A stretch of 64,000 bases of DNA, taken from the NCBI GenBank assembly GCA_964411255.1, contig CAYPKD010000002.1, positions 98,141 to 162,140 on the forward strand. The letters run 5' to 3'. The translations under genes were made by a program, and so were the position numbers. Of this stretch, positions 1 through 8,670 are shown piece after piece; position 1 is the stretch's first letter; each line of letters opens with the position of its first letter. Under the pieces are notes generated by a model. That model worked only from the letters and a program-made list of their open reading frames with translations. It was not told the DNA's origin and did not search any database. The stretch is from an uncultured Gammaproteobacteria bacterium. GTDB lineage: Bacteria; Patescibacteriota; Patescibacteriia; UBA11705; DATKZF01.

Positions 1-72
1 GTCTTTTATTTGACAATAATTTTGTTAAATGATAAGTTAATCTGAACTTCTTGCCACATAAGGAGGGGAAAG

Positions 73-549
73 ATGGAAACAGTGGTTGCTAAGATAAGTC
101 AGATAGCGGTTGAATCTTTAGAAGCAGCAAGAGAGGTATATAGAGTAACAAAGTCTATGCTATTGTTTCGAAAAATGGTCAATGAAGCTCATCGAAAAAT
201 TGTTTCGCCCAAGAAAAGAAATTTTATTGGAAGATACATTTACAACATCAGGGGATTGCTTTCTTTTCTGAACGCCAATAATTTAATTGCCGCTTTTCAG
301 GTAGGACAAAGTATGAACACTCATGATAGACGCCTAACTGAAATACTGAAGGATAATGATGATTTACGAAGACAGCTGGAGCAGAGTGAAGAGCTTAGGC
401 TTAAATTCTGGAATGAATTGTCACAGCCGGCATTTTTTAGACAAATATTTAAAGGATTTATTAAATTTGAATGTTTGTCTCGAGAAGAGGAAAAAAAGGC
501 AATGCAAAGATTAAACTTTTTTACAGAACAAATTTTTCATAACTGCTAA
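73..549 (+). CDS. hypothetical protein
   Basis: ATG preceded by AGGAGG RBS at 61-66; 158-aa ORF; no recognisable motif. Confidence 0.5.
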   Translation: METVVAKISQIAVESLEAAREVYRVTKSMLLFRKMVNEAHRKIVSPKKRNFIGRYIYNIRGLLSFLNANNLIAAFQVGQSMNTHDRRLTEILKDNDDLRRQLEQSEELRLKFWNELSQPAFFRQIFKGFIKFECLSREEEKKAMQRLNFFTEQIFHNC

Positions 550-559
550 CACTTTAGCG

Positions 560-595
560 GTTTTTTAATTAAAAAACACTGATTATGAATCAGTG
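560..595 (-). terminator. hairpin CACTGATT-ATG-AATCAGTG with T-run on minus strand (A-run also flanks it on plus strand); probably bidirectional terminator
   Basis: perfect 8-bp inverted repeat at 577-595 flanked by A/T runs, between convergent genes. Confidence 0.5.
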
Positions 596-596
596 C

Positions 597-1685
597 TTAT
601 TGATTTATCATTTTTTCCATACGTCTAATCCTTCTTTCAGTTGACGGATGGTCTGTCCAAAGAAACATCGATGAATTTTCTGTCGGAGTTTTTGAGCCTA
701 GAAAACTGTGTATCTTTAAAAGACCAGAAATGCTGGCTTGTGGATTACTAGCATTTTTAACTGAGAATTTATCTGCTTTATATTCCTGTTTTCTACAAAT
801 AGCATTTAAGATATGCCCTGTGAAAAATCCAAAAATTTTACGAACCGCTAGAATTAGAGGTATCCAGATTACAATGTCAGTGTTATAAATCCAGCTGACA
901 TTGAAGAGAGTCCCTGCTACCCAAAGGATAAAGAACCAACTGGCTATCATAAATGTGATTCCAATCGCAGATCGTAAATAATGATCATATCTTTTTACAT
1001 GACCAATTTCATGCATAATAGATGCCTCCAATTCATCATCTGACATAATTTCAGCTAATTTTGAATGTATTAATAAAGATTTCCCACTTACTGCGAGAGG
1101 AATGTCTGCTTTGCTTGAGTCATATACATTGGCAAAATAAAATGATGTCTTTTCAAGAATATTATCAAGTACATTGTTTAGCTTTGATTTATCAAGAATA
1201 TTTTTTTTATAAAATGTTGATCTGATCAGTTTATTATGTAGAAGAATAATGCCAGTATTTATTGCTAATATTGGCAGCCACCAATTTGACTGGAAAAGCT
1301 TAACAAATAATAGGAAAAAAGCTGACAAACAGAATAGAAAGATTATTATCATAAGAAATGTTCCCAATATTTTAAATAATATTGGTGACCAATATTTTCT
1401 AATATTACTAAGTTTAAAATCATCATCATCTGATAATAATGCCATTGCTATGGCTCCTGGGAAAAAAAGAACTGAAAGAACAAAGGCCATCATAAAACTG
1501 GCCCAGGCCCAATGGCTATCATTTGTTATCATAGAATATAGATAGGTCTGAGCAATGTTGGTGACATAAAGAAGAAAAATCACAACTGCTAATCCATATT
1601 CAAAGAGCATTTGCCCAAAAAGCAAATAGATTCTATTTTTTGATTTATCTTCCTTGTTATTCAATGAATGTATCTGACTAACCAT
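597..1685 (-). CDS. M48-family zinc metalloprotease (HtpX/Ste24-like), multi-pass membrane
   Basis: HEIGH (HExxH) zinc motif in a protein with multiple hydrophobic segments; 362 aa. Confidence 0.7.
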   Translation of the reverse strand: MVSQIHSLNNKEDKSKNRIYLLFGQMLFEYGLAVVIFLLYVTNIAQTYLYSMITNDSHWAWASFMMAFVLSVLFFPGAIAMALLSDDDDFKLSNIRKYWSPILFKILGTFLMIIIFLFCLSAFFLLFVKLFQSNWWLPILAINTGIILLHNKLIRSTFYKKNILDKSKLNNVLDNILEKTSFYFANVYDSSKADIPLAVSGKSLLIHSKLAEIMSDDELEASIMHEIGHVKRYDHYLRSAIGITFMIASWFFILWVAGTLFNVSWIYNTDIVIWIPLILAVRKIFGFFTGHILNAICRKQEYKADKFSVKNASNPQASISGLLKIHSFLGSKTPTENSSMFLWTDHPSTERRIRRMEKMINQ

Positions 1686-1960
1686 TTTGCCCCCTTTTCA
1701 CCTTATTCAGGTGCGATTTTCAAAGAACTGAATTATTGTATCTTAAATAATTTTATAATTTATGTCAATAAGAAAAGCAATTTTTATATATGAAATTATT
1801 GCCTTTTTTTGCCTCTTCAAGTCTTGTTAAGCCTTATTTTTATATTTATCCCCTTTGTTTTAGCCAAATATTTGACAAAGTTTTATAAAAAGTATAGTAT
1901 TTATATGCAAATGTAAAATATATTATATTAAAATATCCCATAGTTAAGCTTAATTTAGGG

Positions 1961-1988
1961 TTGACTTATTTTTAATATTCTATATAAT
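1961..1988 (+). promoter_or_regulatory. sigma70-like promoter upstream of infA (TTGACT -35, 16-nt spacer, TATAAT -10)
   Basis: TTGACT at 1961-1966 and TATAAT at 1983-1988; a second candidate is TTGACA 1872-1877 / TAGTAT 1895-1900. Confidence 0.35.
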
Positions 1989-2014
1989 TAAATTACATTT
2001 TTAAATTATTATTC

Positions 2015-2233
2015 ATGGGAAAGAAAAATGATTTTATTGAGATGAAGGGAATAGTTGAAGAGACTCTGCCATCAACGATGTTTAAAGTTCGTTTAGAAAA
2101 TGGTCATGAAATTTTAGCTCATCTTTCAGGTAAAATGAGAATGCATCGTATTCGATTGTTACCAGGCGATGAGGTGAAAGTACAGCTAACCCCTTACGAT
2201 CTTAGTAAAGGTAGAATCGTTTATCGATTCTAA
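2015..2233 (+). CDS. infA: translation initiation factor IF-1
   Basis: 72-aa S1-like protein with the typical IF-1 sequence ([16 protein letters not shown]...[18 protein letters not shown]...). Confidence 0.95.
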   Translation: MGKKNDFIEMKGIVEETLPSTMFKVRLENGHEILAHLSGKMRMHRIRLLPGDEVKVQLTPYDLSKGRIVYRF

Positions 2234-2251
2234 ATTTTTATACTAAAATTT

Positions 2252-2365
2252 ATGAAAGTTAGAGCATCAGTCAAGAAAATTTGCAAGGACTGTAAGATTG
2301 TTGTTCGTCAAAGACGAGTTCATGTAATTTGTAAAAATCCTAAACATAAACAAAGGCAAGGATAA
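2252..2365 (+). CDS. rpmJ: 50S ribosomal protein L36
   Basis: 37-aa [40 protein letters not shown], below the ORF-track size cutoff; classic L36 zinc-ribbon sequence between infA and rpsM. Confidence 0.9.
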   Translation: MKVRASVKKICKDCKIVVRQRRVHVICKNPKHKQRQG

Positions 2366-2445
2366 TTTTTAGATTTGTAGATCGGTAGCATTTAGATCAG
2401 TAGGAACTACGAATCTACCAATCTACAATTTACCAACCTAAACCT

Positions 2446-2835
2446 ATGGCCCGAATAGCAGGCATAACAATTCCAAAAGATAAAAGAGTCGAAGTGGCAT
2501 TGACTTATATTTATGGTATTGGCAGAAAAACTTCAGACATTATTTTAAGTGCTGCAAAGATTGATCCTGGCACCAGAGTAAAGGATTTAACAGATAACCA
2601 GGTAAATACGCTTCGGGAAGTTATTGAAAAACAATATAAAGTGGAAGGGGATTTGAAAAGAGAAAAAATTTCAAATATCAAAAGATATAAAGATATTAAA
2701 TGTTATCGCGGAATCAGACACATGAGAGGCCTGCCATCAAGAGGTCAGCGGACAAAGACAAATAGCCGTTCTGTCCGTGGAAATAAGAGAGTAACCATGG
2801 GAAGCGGTCGAAGGCAAGCAGCTCAAAAAACGTAA
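2446..2835 (+). CDS. rpsM: 30S ribosomal protein S13
   Basis: [10 protein letters not shown]...[12 protein letters not shown]13 signature. Confidence 0.95.
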   Translation: MARIAGITIPKDKRVEVALTYIYGIGRKTSDIILSAAKIDPGTRVKDLTDNQVNTLREVIEKQYKVEGDLKREKISNIKRYKDIKCYRGIRHMRGLPSRGQRTKTNSRSVRGNKRVTMGSGRRQAAQKT

Positions 2836-2840
2836 TCAGG

Positions 2841-2875
2841 TTACGGAATTACGGATTTGTTACGGATATTACGGA
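2841..2875. repeat. tandem heptamer TTACGGA x4 (period 8-11) in the rpsM-rpsK spacer
   Basis: TTACGGA at 2841, 2849, 2860 and 2869, read directly. Confidence 0.8.
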
Positions 2876-2912
2876 AATATGTAGTAAATCTGATAGTTCA
2901 GTTTAATCAAAT

Positions 2913-3305
2913 ATGGTAAATAATGCAGTAAAATCTAAAAAGAAAAAAATAACTAAACAGGTTTCGCTTGGTCGTGCTTATATTAAAGCAACATATAATA
3001 ATACAATCGTCACTTTAACTGATCAAAATGGAAATGTATTAGCCTGGTCATCTGCAGGCATAAACGGTTTTCGGGGGCCAAAGAAAGCAACTCCATTTGC
3101 TGCTTCAATTATTGTAAAAGATGCGGTAGAAAAAGCGAAATCATACGGATTGCGAGACGTTAATGTATTTGTTAAAGGAGTTGGTTTAGGGAGAGATTCT
3201 GCTATCCGAGGCTTAAATGCTAATGGATTAAATGTTTTAACAATAAAGGATGTAACGCCTATTCCGCATAATGGCTGTCGCAGACGTAAACCAAGAAGGG
3301 TATAA
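2913..3305 (+). CDS. rpsK: 30S ribosomal protein S11
   Basis: [20 protein letters not shown]...AWSSAG S11 signature. Confidence 0.95.
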   Translation: MVNNAVKSKKKKITKQVSLGRAYIKATYNNTIVTLTDQNGNVLAWSSAGINGFRGPKKATPFAASIIVKDAVEKAKSYGLRDVNVFVKGVGLGRDSAIRGLNANGLNVLTIKDVTPIPHNGCRRRKPRRV

Positions 3306-3307
3306 AT

Positions 3308-3937
3308 ATGGCAGTAAGACAAACATGTAAATTATGTCGGAGGGAAGGCAAAAAGCTTTTTTTGAAAGGCGAGCGTTGTAATACCACAAAGTGTGCTTTA
3401 ATAAAAAGAAATTATGCACCTGGAGCTCATGGGCCAAAACAGGGTATTTCCCGTAGAATGTCAGTGTTTGGCAGACAGCTTCGAGAAAAACAATCAGCGA
3501 AAAGAATTTATAATATTAAGGAGAAAAATTTAGTTAGATATTTTAAAAAGGCATCTGCCAAAGTAGGGAATACAGAAGACAATTTATACCGTTTATTAGA
3601 AACCAGACTGGATAATGTAGTTTTTCGGTTGGGTTTTGCCAAATCCAGAAGACAAGCCCGGCAATATGTCAGTCACGGACATATGCAGATAAATGATAAA
3701 AAGGTTGATATCCCTTCATACGCAGTCAGAATTAATGATGAAATTACCATAAAGCCAAAGAGTAAAGAGATGGTAATATTTAAAAATTTAGCTGAGAAAT
3801 TAAAGGACCAGGAAGTGCCTGATTGGTTGTTTTTAGATCCTAAACAGCTGAGTGGAAAAGTAGTAGGTTTGCCACAGCTTGGAAAGGCAGCCTTAGAGTT
3901 TGATATGAAACAAATAATCGAATTTTATTCAAGATAA
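3308..3937 (+). CDS. rpsD: 30S ribosomal protein S4
   Basis: MAVRQTCKLCRREGKKLFLKGERC... zinc-finger N-terminus and S4 domain. Confidence 0.95.
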   Translation: MAVRQTCKLCRREGKKLFLKGERCNTTKCALIKRNYAPGAHGPKQGISRRMSVFGRQLREKQSAKRIYNIKEKNLVRYFKKASAKVGNTEDNLYRLLETRLDNVVFRLGFAKSRRQARQYVSHGHMQINDKKVDIPSYAVRINDEITIKPKSKEMVIFKNLAEKLKDQEVPDWLFLDPKQLSGKVVGLPQLGKAALEFDMKQIIEFYSR

Positions 3938-3994
3938 TAAATAAACGAGGAGGTAGAAGGAAGAAGAATTTTTCTTTCCCTTCTAAAAAACAAT

Positions 3995-4843
3995 ATGGAA
4001 CCATTATTACTACCTTCTAAAATTCAATATGAAGAAGGACCTGAGGAAAATCAGGCAACCTTGACTATAGAGCCAATGTATATGGGGTATGGCATAACAG
4101 TTGGTAATGCTTTACGAAGAGTCTTGTTATCATCACTTACTGGAGCGGCTGCTACGGCAGTAAAAATTAAAGGAGTTGATCAGGAATTTTCCTCTATTCC
4201 GAAAGTTAAAGAAAATGCTCTTGAGGTTTGTTTGAATTTGAAATTACTTCGATTAAAAGTCTTTACTGAAGATCCTCAAAAGCTAAAATTAAAAGCTAAA
4301 GGCAAAAAAATAGTTACTGCAGCTGATATTGAAAAAAATGCTGATGTTGAAATCGTTAATCCAGAGCTTGAAATTGCTACGTTGACAGACAAAAATGCAG
4401 AAATAGAGATGGACATTACTGTTAGCCAGGGCAGAGGATATTCAGCGACTGAAGAAAGAAAAAAAGAGGATTTAGAAATCGGTACCATTTTAATTGATGC
4501 TTTGTTTTCTCCTGTAAAAAATGTCGGATTTAAAAGAGAAGATGTTCGTGTTGGTGAAATTACAAATTACGACAAATTGGTAATGACCATTGAAACTGAC
4601 GGCACTTTGATGCCAAAGGAAGTAGTAAAGCAAGCTTCTCAAATTTTAATTGACCATTTAAATTTATTGGTAGGTGAAAAAAAAGAGATAGAAATTGAAG
4701 AAGTTAAAAAAGAAGATGTAAAGAAAGAAAAAGAAGAGGCGCCCAAGAAAAATATAAAAGAATCTAAGAAAGAATCTAAAAAAAAGGAAAAGGAAAATAA
4801 AAAGAAAGCAAAAGCAGAGAAAAAGGAAGCAAAGAAAAAATAA
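3995..4843 (+). CDS. rpoA: DNA-directed RNA polymerase subunit alpha, N-terminal (dimerisation) domain only, with Lys/Glu-rich low-complexity tail; no alpha-CTD
   Basis: GYGITVGNALRRVLLSS alpha-NTD signature; residues ~230-282 are KE-rich low complexity; position between rpsD and rplQ. Confidence 0.85.
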   Translation: MEPLLLPSKIQYEEGPEENQATLTIEPMYMGYGITVGNALRRVLLSSLTGAAATAVKIKGVDQEFSSIPKVKENALEVCLNLKLLRLKVFTEDPQKLKLKAKGKKIVTAADIEKNADVEIVNPELEIATLTDKNAEIEMDITVSQGRGYSATEERKKEDLEIGTILIDALFSPVKNVGFKREDVRVGEITNYDKLVMTIETDGTLMPKEVVKQASQILIDHLNLLVGEKKEIEIEEVKKEDVKKEKEEAPKKNIKESKKESKKKEKENKKKAKAEKKEAKKK

Positions 4844-4846
4844 TTT

Positions 4847-5266
4847 ATGAGACATAGAAAAAAAGGAAAAACGTTAGGCAGGAAAGCAGGACCTCGCAAG
4901 GCAATGATGAGAAGCTTGGCGACTAGTTTAGTAATGCATGGAAAAATCAAAACTACTGAAACAAAAGCAAAAGAATTAAGGCCGATTATAGAAAAACATA
5001 TTACTGCTGCCAGAAAAAATAATTTAGCTGTTAGACGTAAATTATTGGGCTACTATTACAAGGAATCTGCAGTGAATACATTATTAGAAGAACTGGGCCC
5101 ATTATACAGTAAAAGAAAGGGCGGCTATACCAGGATTATTAAAGCTGGTACTCGTCAGGGCGATGCTGCCAGAATGGCCTTAATTGAATTAATCGATTAT
5201 AAAAAGAAAAAAGTGGAGAAAAAGGATGCTGTTAAAAAAAATGATAGTAAAGAAAAGAAAAAGTAA
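4847..5266 (+). CDS. rplQ: 50S ribosomal protein L17
   Basis: MRHRKKGKTLGRKAGPRKAMMRSLATSL L17 signature. Confidence 0.95.
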   Translation: MRHRKKGKTLGRKAGPRKAMMRSLATSLVMHGKIKTTETKAKELRPIIEKHITAARKNNLAVRRKLLGYYYKESAVNTLLEELGPLYSKRKGGYTRIIKAGTRQGDAARMALIELIDYKKKKVEKKDAVKKNDSKEKKK

Positions 5267-5301
5267 CAACGGATCAACGGATAGCAACAGATACAACGGA
5301 A
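5267..5301. repeat. tandem octamer CAACGGAT x4 in the rplQ-rplM spacer, followed by ATCTGTA x3 at 5329-5356
   Basis: direct repeats read in sequence; the first unit starts at the rplQ stop codon. Confidence 0.8.
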
Positions 5302-5368
5302 ACTAGGTTATATAAGTTATATGTATTGTATCTGTAACATCTGTAGTAGATCTGTATATTTCGTAAAT

Positions 5369-5731
5369 ATGCCAAAAGCAATAATAAGAAAAATTCATAA
5401 AATCGACGCAACTGATAAAGTTCTTGGAAGACTAGCCTCCGAGATTGCTGTTTTATTGCGCGGCAAGCATAAAGTGGATTTTCAGCCAAATCAGGATAGA
5501 GGAGATATTGTGGAAGTGAGTAACGCTGGGGAAATGAAATTTACAGGGAGAAAACTTGAACAAAAAAAATACCATCATCATTCAGGTTATCCAGGCGGAA
5601 TAAAGGAAGAGTCTTTGAGTGATTTAATAAAAGATAATCCTGAAAAAGTGTTAAAAAACGCAGTAGTCCATATGCTACCTAATAATAAATTAAGATCAGA
5701 GATGATTAAGCGACTTCGAATACATACATAG
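5369..5731 (+). CDS. rplM: 50S ribosomal protein L13
   Basis: L13 similarity begins at MPKAIIRKIHKIDATDKVLGRLAS (internal Met of the 5321 ORF); the upstream 16 codons are probably not translated. Confidence 0.85.
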   Translation: MPKAIIRKIHKIDATDKVLGRLASEIAVLLRGKHKVDFQPNQDRGDIVEVSNAGEMKFTGRKLEQKKYHHHSGYPGGIKEESLSDLIKDNPEKVLKNAVVHMLPNNKLRSEMIKRLRIHT

Positions 5732-5733
5732 AT

Positions 5734-6300
5734 ATGCCAAAGAAAATCACAAAAACCGAAAAGACGAAAAAGCCAGCTCCAAAAAAGAAAGCTGAGGTTA
5801 AGGCTGTGAAGAAAATAAGCAAGGCAGTTAAGCCTGAAGAGAAGAAAGAATCATCCTTAGTTAAAGCTTCGGAAAAAAAGAAACCAGAAGAAAAGAAAGC
5901 TGATAAAAAGAATGAATATTTATATGCGGTCGGTAAACGAAAATCCGCTATTGCCAGAGTGAGGGTTTATAAAAAAGGAGCAGGAAAGATTGTGGTTAAT
6001 GAAAGGGATTATGAAAAAGTATTCCCCCGCGCTACATGGCAGGAAATTATTATAAAACCTTTAAAATTAATTGGTCAAAAAGATAAATTAGATGTTACTG
6101 TAAAAATTGTGGGTGGCGGTACAAAAGGCCAGGCAGAAGCGATCAGACACGGGCTTTCAAAAGCCTTGATTCAGCTTAACCCTAATTTTAGAAAACCTTT
6201 GAAAAAAGCCGGTTATTTAACTCGCGATGCAAGAAAGAAAGAAAGAAAAAAGCCTGGTTTGAAAGGTGCGCGGCGTGCACCGCAATGGAGTAAACGTTAA
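5734..6300 (+). CDS. rpsI: 30S ribosomal protein S9 with ~60-aa Lys-rich N-terminal extension
   Basis: C-terminal 130 aa match S9 (YLYAVGKRKSAIARVRV...GGGTKGQAEAIRHG...KKPGLKGARRAPQWSKR); N-terminus is KKPAPKKK-rich. Confidence 0.9.
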   Translation: MPKKITKTEKTKKPAPKKKAEVKAVKKISKAVKPEEKKESSLVKASEKKKPEEKKADKKNEYLYAVGKRKSAIARVRVYKKGAGKIVVNERDYEKVFPRATWQEIIIKPLKLIGQKDKLDVTVKIVGGGTKGQAEAIRHGLSKALIQLNPNFRKPLKKAGYLTRDARKKERKKPGLKGARRAPQWSKR

Positions 6301-6320
6301 TTATAATTTAATTTATATAA

Positions 6321-6348
6321 AAAAATCCCCAATCGGGGATTTTTTGTT
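6321..6348 (+). terminator. intrinsic terminator after rpsI
   Basis: AAATCCCC-AATC-GGGGATTT hairpin followed by TTTTTGTTT. Confidence 0.6.
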
Positions 6349-6354
6349 TGGCAC

Positions 6355-6456
6355 CGGATGGGCGCAGCTGGTAACGACGAAGTCGTCGTTACCGGCCCGT
6401 AGAGACAGGTTTCGAACCTGTCTCTACAACATCCGTGCCGGATGTGCGCCCATCCG
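6355..6456. other. nested multi-hairpin (cloverleaf-like) element: outer 12-bp stem enclosing three perfect hairpins (10, 13 and 6 bp)
   Basis: CGGATGGGCGCA (6355-6366) pairs with TGCGCCCATCCG (6445-6456); inside are GGTAACGACG-AAGT-CGTCGTTACC, GTAGAGACAGGTT-TCG-AACCTGTCTCTAC and CATCCG-TGC-CGGATG; the third hairpin can alternatively pair with the outer 5' arm. Confidence 0.3.
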
Positions 6457-6507
6457 TTGTATTCCATTGAAATTTCAGAGAAATTTTGATACAATTGATT
6501 TATATTT

Positions 6508-7956
6508 ATGCCAAATGTAATTGCCAAGAACACAACTTATTTGACATTTGCCTACATATTACAGAAAGTAATATCCTTTTTTTATTTTATTTTTATTGCC
6601 AGAATGCTGGGAGTGGATGATGTGGGCAAATATACTTTTGCTATCAGTTTCACCACCTTATCTGCTGTATTTATTGATTGGGGATTGAGCCAGATATTAA
6701 TTCGAGAATCTGCAAAATACAAGGAAAAGGCTCAGGATTATCTTTCTGCAACCTTAACATTTCGATTAATTGCCTCAGCAGTAGTTTATTTATTGGTCTT
6801 TATTGGCATTGGTTTTTTTGTAAATTTATCCGGCTATGATCCAATTACTAAGCAATTAGTGTATTTATCAGGAATTGTCATGATTTTGGATTCATTTACC
6901 TTGGGATTTTGGAGCATGTTTCGAGGTTTTCAAAATTTAAAATACGAAGCAATAGCGGTTGTGGTAAATCAGATTATTGTAATTTCTGTTGGATCTATTG
7001 CCTTATTTCTTGGTTTGCCATTGCATTTTTTAATAATAGCATATGTCGTTGGCTCATTGTTTAATGTATTTTTTTCAGGTATTTCAGTTAAGAAAAAGCT
7101 GAATTTAAGCTTAACATTTAAGGTAGATAAAAAATTAATTTGGTTTTTACTGAAATTATCTTTCCCCTTTGCCTTATTGGCAATTTTTGGAAGAATTTAT
7201 GGATATGTTGACCAGGTGCTTTTATATTTTTTATCAGGTGAAAAGGAAATTGCCTGGTATACAGCTTCTTATAAAATGATTTTTGCCCTGCAGTTTATTC
7301 CATCAGCTTTTGCCGCTGCAATTTTCCCAGCCATGAGCTCTTATTTTATAAGATCGCATGAAAAATTAAAAGATTTGTTTGACAAGTCAATGGCATATCT
7401 TACTGTTCTGGCCGTACCAATGATGTTTGGCCTGGCCAGCTTGGCTGACAGAATTATAAAAACCGCATATGGTGATGAATATATTCCGTCCATTATTGTA
7501 TTGCAAATATTATCCATTGGACTAATTTTTGTATTTTTAAATTTTCCTATTGGTTCATTGCTAAATGCTACTGATCGTCAAAAAACAAACACCAAATTGG
7601 TCGGACTGACGATGGTAATTAATCTAATTCTAAACTTAATTTTAATTCCAAAGTTTAATTATCTTGGCGCCTGTATTGCATTTTTGTTCAGTCATGGATT
7701 TTTATTCTTTGCTGGACTTTTTGTTGCCAGAAAAATTATTCCATACTCAAAGCGATTGCTTTTAATTACTTTTGCCAAGACAATATTAAGCGGCGGTTTA
7801 ATGTCTTTGGCAGTTGTTTTATTGAAGCCGCGGGTTCATCTTTTAATTTCGATTGGCATTGGCGCAGCAGTATATTTTATTGTAATGATTTTAACCAAGG
7901 GGCTGGACAAAAAAGATTTGATTGAATTTAAGAGGATTTTTATAAAGAAGGGCTAG
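6508..7956 (+). CDS. MOP-superfamily polysaccharide/lipid-linked oligosaccharide flippase (Wzx/MurJ-like)
   Basis: 482 aa, ~14 predicted TM segments, N-terminal Polysacc_synt-like sequence; neighbours are cell-envelope genes. Confidence 0.65.
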   Translation: MPNVIAKNTTYLTFAYILQKVISFFYFIFIARMLGVDDVGKYTFAISFTTLSAVFIDWGLSQILIRESAKYKEKAQDYLSATLTFRLIASAVVYLLVFIGIGFFVNLSGYDPITKQLVYLSGIVMILDSFTLGFWSMFRGFQNLKYEAIAVVVNQIIVISVGSIALFLGLPLHFLIIAYVVGSLFNVFFSGISVKKKLNLSLTFKVDKKLIWFLLKLSFPFALLAIFGRIYGYVDQVLLYFLSGEKEIAWYTASYKMIFALQFIPSAFAAAIFPAMSSYFIRSHEKLKDLFDKSMAYLTVLAVPMMFGLASLADRIIKTAYGDEYIPSIIVLQILSIGLIFVFLNFPIGSLLNATDRQKTNTKLVGLTMVINLILNLILIPKFNYLGACIAFLFSHGFLFFAGLFVARKIIPYSKRLLLITFAKTILSGGLMSLAVVLLKPRVHLLISIGIGAAVYFIVMILTKGLDKKDLIEFKRIFIKKG

Positions 7957-7974
7957 AAGAGAATTTAAATTTAT

Positions 7975-8670
7975 ATGAGCGATTTTTTGCAAATATTTGA
8001 AAATGAAAAGAAGGTTTTAGCTGCGTTTTCTCTCAGAGCAGCAGGAGATTTGAAAAATAATCCAGAAAATCAGAAAAAATTTTTTCAGCAGTTTGGCATT
8101 GATTTTAAAAAAGTTGTGTTTATGAATCAGGTGCATAGCGCATATGTTGAATATGTTGGTGGTTCAAGCAATTGGATTAAAGGAACAGATGGCATTTTCA
8201 CAGATAAAAAGGGCATTATTTTAGCTGTCAATACTGCGGACTGTTTGCCAATATTTGTTTATAGTTCAAATCCGAAATTTGTTGGCATTATTCATGGTGG
8301 ATGGAGATGTTTAACAGCAGGCATTTTGCAAATTTTTTTTAAAAAGGCAAATGAAAAATTTGATTTGGATTTTTCAAATATAAAAGCAGTTATTGGCCCA
8401 GGTATTCATTGTTGTCATTTTGAAATTAAAAAAGATGTTATAAGTAAATTTAATAAATATTCTCAATTTATTATTATAAAAAAAGATAATAAAATGTTTG
8501 TTGATCTACCAGCGATGGCAAAAGAAATCTTGACGAAGATTGGTTTATCAATGTATAATATTAAATCTGAGAAGGATTGTACTTTCTGTCAGGAAAAAAA
8601 ATATTATTCTTTCCGAAGAGAAAAGAAAGATTTGGAGGGTGAAATGTTAGGATTTATAGGTTTAATATGA
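7975..8670 (+). CDS. PgeF/YfiH-family (DUF152, Cu-oxidase_4) purine nucleoside phosphorylase / peptidoglycan editing factor
   Basis: NQVHS, TADCLPIF, IHGGWRCLTAG and GPGIHCCHFE motifs typical of the YfiH family. Confidence 0.8.
   Translation: MSDFLQIFENEKKVLAAFSLRAAGDLKNNPENQKKFFQQFGIDFKKVVFMNQVHSAYVEYVGGSSNWIKGTDGIFTDKKGIILAVNTADCLPIFVYSSNPKFVGIIHGGWRCLTAGILQIFFKKANEKFDLDFSNIKAVIGPGIHCCHFEIKKDVISKFNKYSQFIIIKKDNKMFVDLPAMAKEILTKIGLSMYNIKSEKDCTFCQEKKYYSFRREKKDLEGEMLGFIGLI

Noticed and set aside
1249-1545. + strand ORF inside the M48 protease gene
   Set aside because: Antisense to a protein with a clear HExxH motif and TM topology; spurious
3023-3437. Minus-strand ORFs 3023..3322 and 3237..3437 inside rpsK/rpsD
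   Set aside because: Antisense to highly conserved ribosomal protein genes with strong homology; no RBS; typical spurious shadow ORFs
4276-4950. Minus-strand ORFs within rpoA/rplQ (4276..4488, 4639..4950, 4664..4855), Phe/Leu-rich
   Set aside because: They are the antisense reading of the KE-rich (GAA/AAA) tail of rpoA; low complexity, not coding
6355-6456. Possible tRNA (cloverleaf, TTCGAA loop)
   Set aside because: Stems are 10-13 bp, not 7/4/5/5; no D-loop or anticodon-loop architecture; total length and spacing do not fit any tRNA or tRNA-Sec
6266-6533. ORFs 6266..6520 (+) and 6297..6533 (-) overlapping the rpsI-flippase intergenic region
   Set aside because: They run through a GC-rich nested palindrome and a terminator; their reading frames are a by-product of the symmetric sequence
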